IMG/VR virus record: IMGVR_UViG_3300036821_000136
Span: 1 to 64,000 of that record
DNA length: 64,000 nucleotides
DNA from: a virus
Lineage: Duplodnaviria > Caudoviricetes
Direction: 5' to 3' (one strand)
The notes beneath the pieces are model-generated. The model worked only from the letters and a program-made list of their open reading frames with translations, did not search any database and was not told the origin of the DNA. This document shows, piece by piece, positions 30,005 to 40,548 of this stretch. How positions within the stretch are numbered: the stretch's first letter is position 1; the number at the start of each line of letters is the position of its first letter. A program made the position numbers and the translations under genes.

Positions 30005-31438
30005 CTAATTATCAGTCTTGCCGCCACGTCGTCCGGCCAGGTCGTCGTGCCCGTTGTGCGGGGCGCCGGGCGGCGCCAGCAGCGGCGCCTCGTGCCGCGG
30101 CTGGGTGATGTCGGCGAAGTCTTCCAGCGGCTCGTCGAACGCGCCCGCCTCATACGTCGCCGCCCACGGCCAGCCCGGCTCGTACGCCGGCCGCCAGTGC
30201 ACGTACTCCGGCCAGGTGCGCCGCTCGCGCGGCAGCCGGTAGTGCTTCCACTGGTAGTGGTCGAGGCCCTGCTTGGGCGCCGGGGTGAGCGACCACCCGA
30301 AGTCGGGCCACTGCTGCCACAGCACGGTGCCGATCGGCCGCAGGTCCCGCGCCCGCGGACCCTGCCGCATCGGCGCGTGCTGCTCCAGCCACAGCGCGCA
30401 GTGGAACTTGGTCTTGATCCGGTCCAGGAACTGGGCGACGACCAGCGTGTCGTCGTCCTGCGCCTGCCCGTGGGCGATGCCCATCTTGTACATCGGCCCG
30501 GCGGCGATGATCTGCGGCCGCTGCCGGCGGACCGCCTCGGTGAACTGCGCCTGCCCGTCGGCGGTGCGCAGGTCCAGCCCCTCCGGCCGGTGCCACCACT
30601 TGACCATGTCCTGCTCGAGGCCGTCGCGGACGGTGTAGGGCAGCAGCAGGTCGGCGCGGCGCACCAGCATCGACGGCGACAGCTCCAGGTCGACGATCAG
30701 GCCGCGGACCGGCGCGAACCGGGCGGCGCCGGTCAGCAGCGGGTGCACCCCGGCGCCGGCGCACAGCACGATCTGCGCGCCGATCAGCGACTTGCCCGAC
30801 CCCTCGGGGGCGACCAGGATCACCTTGTCCTCCTCGGCGACCATGCCGGGGACCACCCAGCGGTGCCGGGCGTCGACGATCCGGGCGGCGAGCTCGGCGG
30901 TGGTGACCAGCTCGCCGCCGACGTGGCCGCTGGCGCCGGTGGTGGCGGCCAGGTCCCGCTCGGCGCGGGCCTGCACGTCGACCGGGTCGGCGCCGGGGGC
31001 CAGCGCGCCGGACGCCAGCCGCCGGCCGGCGCGGGCCTGGCGGCGCAGCACCGCCCGGCCGTGCACGATCGCGGCGTAGTGGCCGGCCTGCAGCCAGTTC
31101 GCCGGCAGCTGCCACAGGTCGAACAGGTAGACCGGGGTGAACCCGGCCGGGGCGCCCTCGCCGATCCAGCCGCGCAGCGTCAGCGGGTCGATCGCCTCCC
31201 CGGCGGCGACCATCGCCGCGGCGGCGGCGGCGACCTCGCCGTGGATGGGCCGGTACCAGTCGTCGGCGCACAGCCCGGCGTCGACGGCCAGGTCCAGTGC
31301 CCGCTCGCCGCCGTGCATCAGGCAGGCCAGCAGCCATTGCTCGGCGTCGTTGTCGTGCGGCTCTTCCCACTCGCCCGGGTCGGGCGGCGGCCAGGATCCG
31401 TCGTCGGCGGGGCCGGCGGGCGGTGCGGGCATCGGCAT
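30005..31438 (-). CDS. Replicative helicase-like protein (DnaB N-terminal domain + RecA-type AAA domain)
   Basis: PHDNDAEQWLLACL...DDWYRPIH...IDPLTL; Walker A APEGSGKS; IVDLE; LEQHAP; RPIGT..W..WPDFG. Confidence 0.85.
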   Translation of the reverse strand: MPMPAPPAGPADDGSWPPPDPGEWEEPHDNDAEQWLLACLMHGGERALDLAVDAGLCADDWYRPIHGEVAAAAAAMVAAGEAIDPLTLRGWIGEGAPAGFTPVYLFDLWQLPANWLQAGHYAAIVHGRAVLRRQARAGRRLASGALAPGADPVDVQARAERDLAATTGASGHVGGELVTTAELAARIVDARHRWVVPGMVAEEDKVILVAPEGSGKSLIGAQIVLCAGAGVHPLLTGAARFAPVRGLIVDLELSPSMLVRRADLLLPYTVRDGLEQDMVKWWHRPEGLDLRTADGQAQFTEAVRRQRPQIIAAGPMYKMGIAHGQAQDDDTLVVAQFLDRIKTKFHCALWLEQHAPMRQGPRARDLRPIGTVLWQQWPDFGWSLTPAPKQGLDHYQWKHYRLPRERRTWPEYVHWRPAYEPGWPWAATYEAGAFDEPLEDFADITQPRHEAPLLAPPGAPHNGHDDLAGRRGGKTDN

Positions 31439-31439
31439 G

Positions 31440-31784
31440 TCAGCGGCCCTCCCAGAACAGGCAGGCGTCGCCGTCCTCGTGGAAGTTCAGGCAGGACCGG
31501 CACAGCGTCGCGTACCGGTCGGCGACGGCGGCGGCCGCCATCTCCAGGTCCTGCAGGATGAACGCGAGCGTGCCGCGGCCGGCGCGGGTGTCGCCGGCGG
31601 CGCGGCGGGCCCGCCACGTGGCCAGCGCGGCGGTGACGTCGGCCGGGTCGTGGCCGTCGGTCAGCTCGGCGATCAGGGTGAACCACTGGGCCTGCTCGGC
31701 GCGGGGCAGCGGCGGGCGGACGGCCCGCAGGTGGTCGGCGGCGATCTGCGCCGACAGCCGGTCGGGTTGCTGGTCGGTGGTCAT
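31440..31784 (-). CDS. Hypothetical protein in the replication module
   Basis: 114-aa ORF ending in CxxC..H...C. Confidence 0.55.
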   Translation of the reverse strand: MTTDQQPDRLSAQIAADHLRAVRPPLPRAEQAQWFTLIAELTDGHDPADVTAALATWRARRAAGDTRAGRGTLAFILQDLEMAAAAVADRYATLCRSCLNFHEDGDACLFWEGR

Positions 31785-31898
31785 GGCGTGCTCGGGTCGG
31801 TCATCGGTCTCTCTCCTTCATCAGCCGGGCGTCGCGCGTACGCGCGTAGTCACCGGCGCGCATCGCGCGTCGGTGAAGCGTCCCGCCAGGGACGCAAG

Positions 31899-32120
31899 TC
31901 TTTGATTTTGATCTTTGGTTTTTGACCTGGTCTGGTGACCTGGTCTGGTGGTGTTCAGTCAGTGAACCGGTTACTCGCCAGTCAGTGAACCGGTTTTGTG
32001 AGTGAACCGGTTTCGTCAGTGAACCGGTTACCGGCGGGTAAACCGGTTCACTCACAAGACCGGTTATCAGCCGGGCGGTCATCGGGAGCCCCCCGAACCG
32101 GTAAAGCCAGTGAACCGGTT
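31899..32120. repeat. Putative replication origin: AGTGAACCGGTT iterons plus T-rich tract
   Basis: Direct copies at 31961, 31984, 32001, 32018, 32109; inverted copy 32041-32052; T-rich 31899-31925; TGACCTGGTCTGG x2 at 31923-31948. Confidence 0.8.
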
Positions 32121-32459
32121 GCAGTGCGGGCAGGCGTCGCCCGGCGCGTGCGGGAACGTCAGCCGCCACTCGTCGGCACGCGGCCCGCGACGGCTGGCAC
32201 GCGGCCGGCCGGGGTCCGGCTCGTCGGGCTCGATGAACCCGAGCTTGGCCAGCGTCCGCAGCGCGTCGACGACCGTCGCCCGCCCCGCCCCCGTGTCGCG
32301 GCCGAGCCGGGCGACGCCGGGGTAGGCGTGGCGGCCGTCGCCGTCGGCGTAGGTGGACAGCATCCAGGCCACGTGGACGACGGCGTGCGGCAGGTCGCCG
32401 CGGAAGTGCCGGGCCCAGGCGTGCTGGAATCCGCGCGCCGGGTCGGCCGGGCCGGTCAC
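32079..32459 (-). CDS. Winged-HTH replication initiator-like protein
   Basis: VAWMLSTYADGDG..AYPGVARLGRDTGAGRATVVDALRTLAKLGFI; adjacent to iterons and helicase. Confidence 0.75.
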   Translation of the reverse strand: MTGPADPARGFQHAWARHFRGDLPHAVVHVAWMLSTYADGDGRHAYPGVARLGRDTGAGRATVVDALRTLAKLGFIEPDEPDPGRPRASRRGPRADEWRLTFPHAPGDACPHCNRFTGFTGSGGSR

Positions 32460-33007
32460 GGCGCACCCGCCGGGCACGCCGAAAGCCCGCCGGCCGTGAC
32501 TGGCTGGCGGGTGACGTCGTCGCGGCTGGCCCCCACCCGGGGACCGTTAGGCGTCGGGCGGGTTAACCAGGCCAGGCGGGCGGACGGACATTCGGCGTCG
32601 GTTAGTCGACACGGGACAGCCTTCCTCTCCTTCAGTTCGCCGGGCACCTGCGCGCCGCCAGAGCGGCCGGCCCCCGGGCAAGCGGGGCAACGGGCCCCGG
32701 CAGGTGCGCGGGGTCGGGGCCCGTGGTGACCACCATAAACCCCCGGGCACGGACACGTAAGGCAAGCCGATAATAAATGTCAGCGTGCCGTGGTATGGTC
32801 CCGTCAGGGCTGGGAAAAAGGCCCGTAAAACCGGCTGGCCCGCCCCGATCCACGTGGGTTCGGGGCGGGCCCTGAAGGAGAGAGGATCCCCGTTGACCGG
32901 GGCCACTAAGTGACCCGACCGCCGGAGGAGGCGGAACGCGGGTGAGAAGCCCGGCCGCCTGTACCCCTCGATCCCCGATGGTAGCACCCATCGCTAGGAG
33001 GAACACA

Positions 33008-33346
33008 ATGACCGAACCGGCTGCACCGCCGGCGGTGCCCGCCGCCGACCCGCCCGCCGAGGTCGACACCTACGTCCTCGCGGTCGCCGTCGGGTCGGTG
33101 ATCGCCAACCGGGGCATCACCGCGACCGTGGCCGCCGACGAGATCGGCATCCCGCCGGAGAAGCTGTCGGCGCTGCGCCGCCGCGGCGACGCATCCCCCG
33201 CCGTCGCGCTGCGCGTGATGGCGTGGCTGCACATGTCGCCCAGGTACTTCCAGACCGCAGACCGCGAGGCGACGATCGTCATGGTCCGCATCCCCGACGA
33301 CGCCGCGCCCGCCGACGAAGCGCCGCCGCGCGCTCAGGTGGCGTGA
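33008..33346 (+). CDS. XRE/Cro-like HTH regulator
   Basis: AGGAGG RBS; RGITATVAADEIGIPPEKLSALRRRG..P....RVMAWL; first gene of the rightward operon. Confidence 0.65.
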   Translation: MTEPAAPPAVPAADPPAEVDTYVLAVAVGSVIANRGITATVAADEIGIPPEKLSALRRRGDASPAVALRVMAWLHMSPRYFQTADREATIVMVRIPDDAAPADEAPPRAQVA

Positions 33347-33709
33347 ATGGCGGTCAGCCCGGCCGTGCGGGCAGCCGCCGCCGCATCCGTCCCTGGCCGC
33401 CTCGCGGCCCCGAGGACACCCTCGTCCACGCCACCTTGCCGATGGCCGCCGCCGGGCCGCTCGACCCGGCCGTCCGCCGCGTGCTGGACTACCTGACCGG
33501 CCAGGTGCTCGACATGGAGGAAGCCGGCGACGCCACGATGGTCGACCAGTCCGACATGCTGCGCGCCCTGGGGCTGCGCGTCCCGCCCTGGTCGGCCGTC
33601 GGCCGCATCACCGGCCGGGCGGCGCGGGCGCTGCGCGCCCCGCCGTACGTGCGGCCAGGGCGGCCGCGCTGACCCCGGAATGACGGCACTGAGGGAGAGA
33701 GTGGACACC

Positions 33710-34792
33710 ATGACGACGACGACAACCGACCGCCGGCGGCACCGGGTCAGGCAGGTCGCGCCCGCCGGCCTCGAGCACACCGACCGGGCCGCGTGGCTGG
33801 AGCTGCGCCGGGCGGGCATCGGCGGGTCCGACATGGCCGCGGTGCTCGGCATGGGCGAGTTCGGCCGGACCCGCTGGCAGGTGTGGCTCGACAAGACCGG
33901 CGCGCTGCCCGACGAGGAACTAGACGAGAAGACCGCCGAGCGGTACCGGTTCGGGCACCGCACCGAGCTGGCCGCCGCCGACGAGTTCCGGTACCGCTAC
34001 CCGGCCGTGCGACTCGCCCGGGTCGGCATGCTGGCGCGCGCCGACCTGCCGTGGCTGCGCGTCAACCTGGACCGGCGGGTGCACCGCTGCCCCGACGGCG
34101 ACGGCCCGTGCCTGCTGGAAATCAAGTCCCGGTCGGCGTACACGTCGAAGCAGTGGGACCCCGGCGGCGACCCCGAGCGGGTACCCGACGCGCCCGCCAT
34201 CCAGGTGCAGCACGGCCTGCTGGTCACCGGCTGGCGGCACGGGCACCTGGCCGTCGTGATCGGCGGGTCGGAGATGCGCGACTACCGCATCGACGCCGAC
34301 CCCGCCCTGCAGAAAACGATGCTCGACGAGGGCCGGTGGTTCTGGCACCATCACGTGCTGCCGGGCGTCGCCCCGCCGGTCGACGCCTCCGAGCGCACCG
34401 GCCGGCTGCTGGACCGGCTGTGGGGCGCCGACCCCGACTCGGTCAAGGAGGCGCCCGCCGAGATCACCGGGCTGCTGGCCGAGCTGCGCGCCGCCAACGC
34501 CGAGGCCGGCGAGGCGTCCGACCGCGCCAAGGCGCTCGCGCACCGGCTGCAGGCGTGGCTCGGCGAATTCGAGACCGCCGTCGACTGGCAGGGCCGGGTG
34601 CTGTTCTCGTGGCGGCGCAACGGCACGTTCCGCGCCGGGGCGTTCCGCGAGCAGCAGCCCGGCGCCTATGCGCGGTACTCCCACGACGTGACCGCCGCCG
34701 ACACCGACCGCCTCGCCGCCGAGGACCCCGACCTGTACCGCCGGTACCGGTCCCGGGCATTCCGCCTGGGCACCGCCACTGAAGGAGAGTAG
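33710..34792 (+). CDS. YqaJ-like (lambda exo/RecE-type) exonuclease
   Basis: WLELRRAGIGGSD, VWLDKTG, G..TE, NLDR, LLEIKS, QVQH.L.VTG. Confidence 0.92.
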   Translation: MTTTTTDRRRHRVRQVAPAGLEHTDRAAWLELRRAGIGGSDMAAVLGMGEFGRTRWQVWLDKTGALPDEELDEKTAERYRFGHRTELAAADEFRYRYPAVRLARVGMLARADLPWLRVNLDRRVHRCPDGDGPCLLEIKSRSAYTSKQWDPGGDPERVPDAPAIQVQHGLLVTGWRHGHLAVVIGGSEMRDYRIDADPALQKTMLDEGRWFWHHHVLPGVAPPVDASERTGRLLDRLWGADPDSVKEAPAEITGLLAELRAANAEAGEASDRAKALAHRLQAWLGEFETAVDWQGRVLFSWRRNGTFRAGAFREQQPGAYARYSHDVTAADTDRLAAEDPDLYRRYRSRAFRLGTATEGE

Positions 34793-34797
34793 GAACC

Positions 34798-36285
34798 ATG
34801 GCAGACCAGAAAACCCGACAGGGCCGCGCCGCGGCCGCCGCCGACGAGCGGCGCCGCACCGCCGAGGCCGGGCTGCCGCCCGGCGCCGGCAACGGTGACG
34901 GGCCCGGCGGCGAGGTCGCCGTCCGCGACCCGCTGCGCCAGCTCATGGACAGCTTCCAGCCCGAGGTCGCCCGCCAGCTGCCCAGGCTGATCGACCCCGA
35001 CGCGTTCATGCGGGTCGCGCTGACCGGCATGCGGTCCTCCAAGCAGGCCGCCGCGCTGGCCAGGTGCACCCGGCCGTCGCTGTTCGCCGCGCTGCTGGAG
35101 TCGGCGCGGCTGGGCCTGATGCCGTTCACCGACGAGGCCGCCATCGTCCCGTTCGGCGACCAGGCGACGTTCATCCCGATGTACCAGGGCTACGTGCAGC
35201 TGTTCTACCGCACCGGGCAGGTCGCCCGGGTCACTGCCCAGCTCATCCGCAAGGGCGACGCCTGGGAGCTGGCCTACGGCGACGCCGGCGGGTTCTACCA
35301 CAAGCCCGCCCTCGTCGACGCCGACGGGAACCCGGTCAAGCGCGGCGACCCGATCCTGGCCTACTGCTACGTCACGATGCGGGACGGGTCGCGGACCGAG
35401 GTCACCACCGTCGACCGGTGGGAGGCCGAGGACACCATGCGCGAGCACTCCCGGTCCTGGCAGAACGCCGAGAAGATATGGCGGGAGTCCAACGGCAAGC
35501 GCGGCCGCGACTCGGCCTGGCACACCAACTTCGCCGACATGTGGCTCAAGACCGGGGTCCGCCGGCACGCCAAGGTCGCGCCCAAGAGCCCGGAGCTGGT
35601 GCAGCTGCTCATGCTGGAGGACCGCGACGACTCCCGCCGGTGGCGCGACGCGCCGCTGCCGCCGGTGCCGCCGATGCCGGACGTGGTCGAGGGCGTCGAC
35701 TGGACCCGCGACGTCGCGGGCGCGGTGACCGGCGAGGTGCTGCGCGACGAGCGCGACGAGCGCGACGAGCCCGGCGGGCAGCCCGGCCGCGAGCGGGTCA
35801 CGATCCGCGAGCACGCCGGCGACGGCACCGTGCCGGCCGGCGCGGCGGCGGCGGCGGGCGCGGCCGGCACCCCGGCCGGCAACGGCGGCGGCCAGGACGC
35901 GCCGCTGATCACCGCGCAGACCACCGGGCGGCTGAACTGGAAGTTCAGCCAGTGCGGATGGTCCGGCGACGAGTACCGCGACCGCCGCATCGCGGTCGCC
36001 GGCCTGCTGGGCAACCTGCAGGGCCGGCCGCTGCCGATCACGGCGATCGCCCAGCTGACCGACGACCAGGGGAAGGCCGCCATCGCCTTCATCGACGAGA
36101 AGCTGCTGCCCAGGTACGAGGGCAAGGACCAGCGCGCCGCGGCGCTGCAGGGCCTCTACGACCGGCTGACCGAGGCGCTGGCCGCCGAGCACGGCGCGGC
36201 CGCCGCGGCGGACATCACCCGGCCCGGCGACGGCAACGGCGACGGCCCGGGCGACGACGTGCCGCCGCCGGACGGGCCCGGCTAA
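34798..36285 (+). CDS. recT: RecT-family single-strand annealing protein with C-terminal extension
   Basis: LARCTRPSLFAALLESARLGL.P...AAIVPF...FIPMYQGYVQL..RTG, AW.TNFADMWLKT.VRR..K..PKS. Confidence 0.9.
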   Translation: MADQKTRQGRAAAAADERRRTAEAGLPPGAGNGDGPGGEVAVRDPLRQLMDSFQPEVARQLPRLIDPDAFMRVALTGMRSSKQAAALARCTRPSLFAALLESARLGLMPFTDEAAIVPFGDQATFIPMYQGYVQLFYRTGQVARVTAQLIRKGDAWELAYGDAGGFYHKPALVDADGNPVKRGDPILAYCYVTMRDGSRTEVTTVDRWEAEDTMREHSRSWQNAEKIWRESNGKRGRDSAWHTNFADMWLKTGVRRHAKVAPKSPELVQLLMLEDRDDSRRWRDAPLPPVPPMPDVVEGVDWTRDVAGAVTGEVLRDERDERDEPGGQPGRERVTIREHAGDGTVPAGAAAAAGAAGTPAGNGGGQDAPLITAQTTGRLNWKFSQCGWSGDEYRDRRIAVAGLLGNLQGRPLPITAIAQLTDDQGKAAIAFIDEKLLPRYEGKDQRAAALQGLYDRLTEALAAEHGAAAAADITRPGDGNGDGPGDDVPPPDGPG

Positions 36286-36658
36286 ATATGCGCTGCTGGT
36301 ACTGCGTGACGCCGGTCAGTCCCGTCCTCGCCGCGGCGGGGCTGACCGCGCACCCGTGCTGCGACCCCGGTGAGGACCTGCCGCCCGCCCTGGAAGACGC
36401 CGTCACCGCGTGGGCCGCCGCCGCGCTCGAGACAGGGGAGCCGCTGGCCCGCCCGGACCCGTGGGCTGCCGCCGACCAGTACCGGGCCGCGCACCTGGCC
36501 GCCGGGCTGGCCGCCCTGCACGAGCTCGCCGCCCGGCCCGGCCCCACCGGCGCCAGCGTCGCCGCGATGGGCCCGCCCGTAGCCCGGCAGGCCACGCCCG
36601 ACCCGCGGCGCTGGCCGCCCGGCAGTCACGGCGAGGCCGCCAACCGAAGGAGGTACTG

Positions 36659-37588
36659 ATGGCGTTCTGGTGCGGCGCGCCGCTGCTGCCCGACGGCATC
36701 CCCGACCTGTCCAGCGACGACGACCCGTGCTGCGCCGGGCGGGCGATCGACGGGCCGCGCGGCTGCACCTGCTGGATCGAGGTGCACCGCCCGCTCGGCC
36801 AGGCCGAGATCGTCGAGGGCCTGCCGCAGATCCCCGACCCGGTCGAGCCCTGCCATGACTGCGCATACCGGCACGGGTCGCCGGAGCGGAACGGCGACCC
36901 CGGCGTCAGCGCCGACGGCGAGGACCTGGAGCGGCTGGCCGCCACCGGCGAGCCGTTCTACTGCCACGCCGGGATCCGCTACCTGATCGGCTACGTGCAC
37001 CCGGCGTGCGGCCGGCCCGGCTGCGACGGCGCCACCTGGTCGCCGCCGAAGGGCGACTACCGGCCGCCCATCGCCGGCCGCGTCCCCTACCAGGCCGACG
37101 GGTCGCCGGGGTTCCTGTGCGCCGGGTGGATCTTGCGCCGCGCGACCCTGATCCGCCAGCGCCAGGCCTACGCGGGCGCCGCCGCCGAGGAGTCGCGCGG
37201 GCTGCCCTGCGGCTGCCGCTACGTCCAGGCCGGCGGCCGGTGGTGGCAGGTCGTCGCCTGCCCCGACCACCGTTTCGAGTTCGGCCCGCTCGACGCCCCG
37301 CCGCAGCCGGACCCCGACCATGCCGGGTTACGCGGCCGGGGCGGCGGGCCGCGCCGCCTGGGAAGCCGCCGCCGCCGCCGGGCGGCACGCGGTGCCCGCC
37401 GACCCGCAGGCGCTCGCCGGCGGGCCGGGCGCGCTGGCCGCCGCCGCCGCGTACGCCGCCCGGTGCCGCTGCGGCGACCCGATGGCGGCCCACGAGATCG
37501 CCGAGTCCGGCCGGGCCAAGGGCGCCCGCACCTGGTGCACCATGATGACAGCGGCCGGCGCGTGCGGCTGCCAGAAGTTTCAACCTGA
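36659..37588 (+). CDS. Cys-rich hypothetical protein (PCxxC..R...FYCH...CAG pattern)
   Basis: GAGG RBS and ATG overlapping the upstream stop; 3' end overlaps ORF 37320-37601 and is uncertain. Confidence 0.5.
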   Translation: MAFWCGAPLLPDGIPDLSSDDDPCCAGRAIDGPRGCTCWIEVHRPLGQAEIVEGLPQIPDPVEPCHDCAYRHGSPERNGDPGVSADGEDLERLAATGEPFYCHAGIRYLIGYVHPACGRPGCDGATWSPPKGDYRPPIAGRVPYQADGSPGFLCAGWILRRATLIRQRQAYAGAAAEESRGLPCGCRYVQAGGRWWQVVACPDHRFEFGPLDAPPQPDPDHAGLRGRGGGPRRLGSRRRRRAARGARRPAGARRRAGRAGRRRRVRRPVPLRRPDGGPRDRRVRPGQGRPHLVHHDDSGRRVRLPEVST

Positions 37589-37601
37589 AGGAGAGAGTTA
37601 A

Positions 37602-38144
37602 GTGACCGACCCTACGATCATCGGTCCCGAGCAGCTGCACGGGATCAGCTACACCGCGGCCAGCGGCGACCTGATGATGACGATGCAGGACTGTTTCGCC
37701 GACGGGGAGGTCGCCGGGCACCTGGCGATCTGCGCGCCCGCCGGGCGGCGCAAGCTGGCCGCGCAGTTCGCCGCGCTGCGCGACCGGGACACCGCCGCGC
37801 TGGCCCGCGCCACCCCGGTCCAGCTCGCCATCTCGTGGGGCTGCTGCTGGGTGTGGCACGGTCCCGGGCTGACCTGCTACGGCTACGTGGAGACGCTGAC
37901 CGACGTGATCGACGCGGAGCTGGCCGCCTGCGACCGGGCCGGGATGCCCCGCGACGCGGCGATGGCCGCCGCCCAGCGGACGGTCGGGTACATCACCGAG
38001 AACCACGCCCGCGGCTGGCGGCACGGCCGCGGCTACTCGGTGATCGAGCCGTCCGGGGAAACCGGCTACAGTCACGTGTCGGTGCTGGAGCCGGTCACCC
38101 GCGAGCAGTTCGCCGCCGCCGCGGCGCGGGGGTGGCGGCCATGA
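37602..38144 (+). CDS. Hypothetical protein
   Basis: Preceded by CTGAAGGAGAGAG. Confidence 0.6.
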   Translation: MTDPTIIGPEQLHGISYTAASGDLMMTMQDCFADGEVAGHLAICAPAGRRKLAAQFAALRDRDTAALARATPVQLAISWGCCWVWHGPGLTCYGYVETLTDVIDAELAACDRAGMPRDAAMAAAQRTVGYITENHARGWRHGRGYSVIEPSGETGYSHVSVLEPVTREQFAAAAARGWRP

Positions 38145-38328
38145 TGACGCTGGGGATCACGGTGGCGGTGACGCTGCTGATCGTCGCCGCCGCCGGGACC
38201 GCCTTCGACCTGGGCCTGCGCCGGGCGGTGCGGCGCCGGCAGGCCCGCTGGGAGGCGGCCCACCCCGGCATGAGCTGGGCGGACTGGCAGGCCCGGCGGG
38301 TTCCGCCGCCGGACGACGAGGCCGGGCA

Positions 38329-38730
38329 GTGACCGGCTGGCCGGCCGAGTTCAGCCCGGCCGTGCGGGCGGAGGTCATCGCCCGCGACACCCCGCCCGGC
38401 ATGGGCCGGCCCTGCTGCGTGGTGTGCGGCGAGCCGGTCACCGGCGCCGTGGTGCACGTCCATCACCTGCTGTACAAGTCGCGCGGCGGCGACGGCCGCC
38501 CGTCCAACGGGATCGTGGTGCACGGCGACGGCCAGGCCGGGTCCTGCCACATCGCCCGGATCCACCGCGAGGCCACCCTGGCGGCCGCCGTCGGCGGCTG
38601 GGCGCGGTCGCGGCACGCCCGCGACCCCTACGCGCTGCCGGTGCGGTGCGCGCGGCGCGGCTGGATCGTGCTGCTCGACGAGCCCGGCGACGGCGGGCTG
38701 CTGTGGCGGAAGGAGACCCCCGATGGCTGA
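38329..38730 (+). CDS. HNH endonuclease-like protein
   Basis: VIARD...CVVCG...HVHHLLYKSRGG....NGIVV....CH..IH. Confidence 0.8.
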   Translation: MTGWPAEFSPAVRAEVIARDTPPGMGRPCCVVCGEPVTGAVVHVHHLLYKSRGGDGRPSNGIVVHGDGQAGSCHIARIHREATLAAAVGGWARSRHARDPYALPVRCARRGWIVLLDEPGDGGLLWRKETPDG

Positions 38731-40305
38731 CGACGACGACCGCGGCGAGCTGCTGGGCCCGGCGCTGCTGGCGCTCGCCGAGGTGATGCTGGCGCGGGCC
38801 CGGGCCGCCAACCTGGCCGCGATGGCCCGGGCGGAGGGGCTGATCACCGAGATGGACGTGCGCTGCGCGCAGCTGGCGTGCGAGCGGTGCTACGGCGGCC
38901 CGGCGCTGGCCGGGACCGGGACGGGCGACTGCAGCTGCCCGGCGCGGTGCCCGGTGCGGCACTGCCTGGCCGGCGACGGGGTGCTCGACGGCGGCGCGCC
39001 GTGACCGCCGCGCTGCTGCGGGTCCGGCCCGTCGGCGGCCGCGCCGCCACCTTCGTCGCCATCCACGACGACGAGACCGAGCTGGTGCTGGCCCGCATCG
39101 GCCAGGCGTTCGCCGGCCTGACCGGCTGCGACCCGGGCGCCGTCGACGCCCGCGTGATGCCGTGGGAGACGCTGCCCGGCCCCGGCATCAGGGCGATCGC
39201 GGCGGCGCAGCTGGCCGCCGGCGGGCCCGGCACGATCGTGTTCCTCGGCACCGCCGCCGGCGGGCAGTGGGCGACCTGGCACGTGCCCGCGCCGGCGCCG
39301 TTCCCGGCGCCGCGGTGAGCGGCAAGCCGCCGCCGGCGCACTGCGGGTCGTGCCTGGCCCCGGTCTACTGGGCGTTCCCCGAGCGCGGCGCGCCGCCCGG
39401 GCGGGGCGGGAGGCCGGCGGGCAAGATGCCGATCGACGCCGGGTCGGCGGGCACCGGCAACGCCGAGGTGTGGCAGGACGGGGCGGTGCTGCGCTACCGG
39501 ATGCTGCGCGACGGCGAGCAGCCCGGCGAGGGCCGGTTCCGGGGCATGCCGCACTGGGTGACCTGCGAGCACGCCGGCCAGTGGCGGAACCGGTGACCGG
39601 CCCGCCGGCGGGGCCGCGATCGGGCGGTGACCGCGTGCAGGTCAAGATAGCGGGCGAGCACGGCGGCTCGTACACGGTCACCGGCCGCCTGCTGACCGAC
39701 GGCAACACCATCGACGGCACCACGTGGTACGTGATGGAGACCGACCACGGCGCCCGGCTCATCGTGGCCGCCGGCGAGCTGCAGGACCCGGCCGGTGACT
39801 GACCCGGTGCCGCCGTCGGGGCCGATCGCGACCGCGCTCTGGCAGGCCGCGCCGATGCTCGAGGAGGTCACCGGCGGCGCCCTGGCCGAGCACACCGAGG
39901 CGGGAACGCGGGCGATCGAGGCGCGCGTCGCGCAGGGTCATCTGTGCGTGCTCTGCGGGCAGCCGGCCGGCGCCGCGCTGGTGGTCCGGCCGGGCCCGGA
40001 GTCGCCGGCGTCGTTCGCGCCGCGGTGGGCGGACCTGTGCGTGCCGCACTTCGCGCTGCTGGTCGCCGAGAGCCCCTGGGAGCCTGGCCGTGGCTGACCC
40101 GGTGGCGGGCTGGCCGTTCACCGACCCGGTCACCGGCGAGGAGTGCGCGCTGGTGGTCCGCAGCGGCCGGGCGTACGTGAACTGCGGCGGGTGCGGCGGA
40201 CTGGCCGACGTGGTGCCGGTGCTCGACGCGTTCTACTGCGCGCGGTGCGGCTGGTCGGGGCGGGTGTCGGGCGCCTGGGTCGCGGGGCTGCTGGCCGGGC
40301 TGTAG
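38723..40305 (+). other. Coupled small hypothetical ORFs, many with Zn-finger-like CxxC pairs
   Basis: 38723-39004, 39795-40097, 40090-40305 and others with overlapping start/stop. Confidence 0.5.
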
Positions 40306-40347
40306 GACCGACGTCACACCGGGGACGGCGCGGCTGACCGCCCGGCC

Positions 40348-40374
40348 TGGTATTATGTATATATGAGCAACACG
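40348..40374 (+). promoter_or_regulatory. Repeated promoter motif (leaderless start)
   Basis: TGGTATTATGTATATATGAGCAACACG. Confidence 0.8.
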
Positions 40375-40548
40375 ACAAGCAAGACCGTGAGCACCCGCCA
40401 GTACCAGGCATCGCACGGCCGCAGCCCGCGCGGCTACGGCCAGTGGATGTTCGAGCTGCGCGGGGCCGGCGAGATCGTCACCCGCACCGGCACCTACACC
40501 GACGCCAGGAAGGCGCTGCCCGCCGGCAACTGGGTGGTGCTCCCGTAA
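40363..40548 (+). CDS. Small hypothetical protein (MSNT start)
   Basis: ATG inside the promoter motif; HGRSPRGYGQWMF. Confidence 0.7.
   Translation: MSNTTSKTVSTRQYQASHGRSPRGYGQWMFELRGAGEIVTRTGTYTDARKALPAGNWVVLP

Noticed and set aside
32480-33000. CI repressor at the divergent replication/recombination junction
   Set aside because: Only very short ORFs are present; no HTH-peptidase repressor recognised
15123-36659. Long Arg/Pro/Gly-rich ORFs in the track (e.g. 15123-16505, 19142-20452, 21536-22996, 30047-31561, 35064-36659)
   Set aside because: Off-frame or antisense products of very GC-rich coding DNA that overlap better-supported genes
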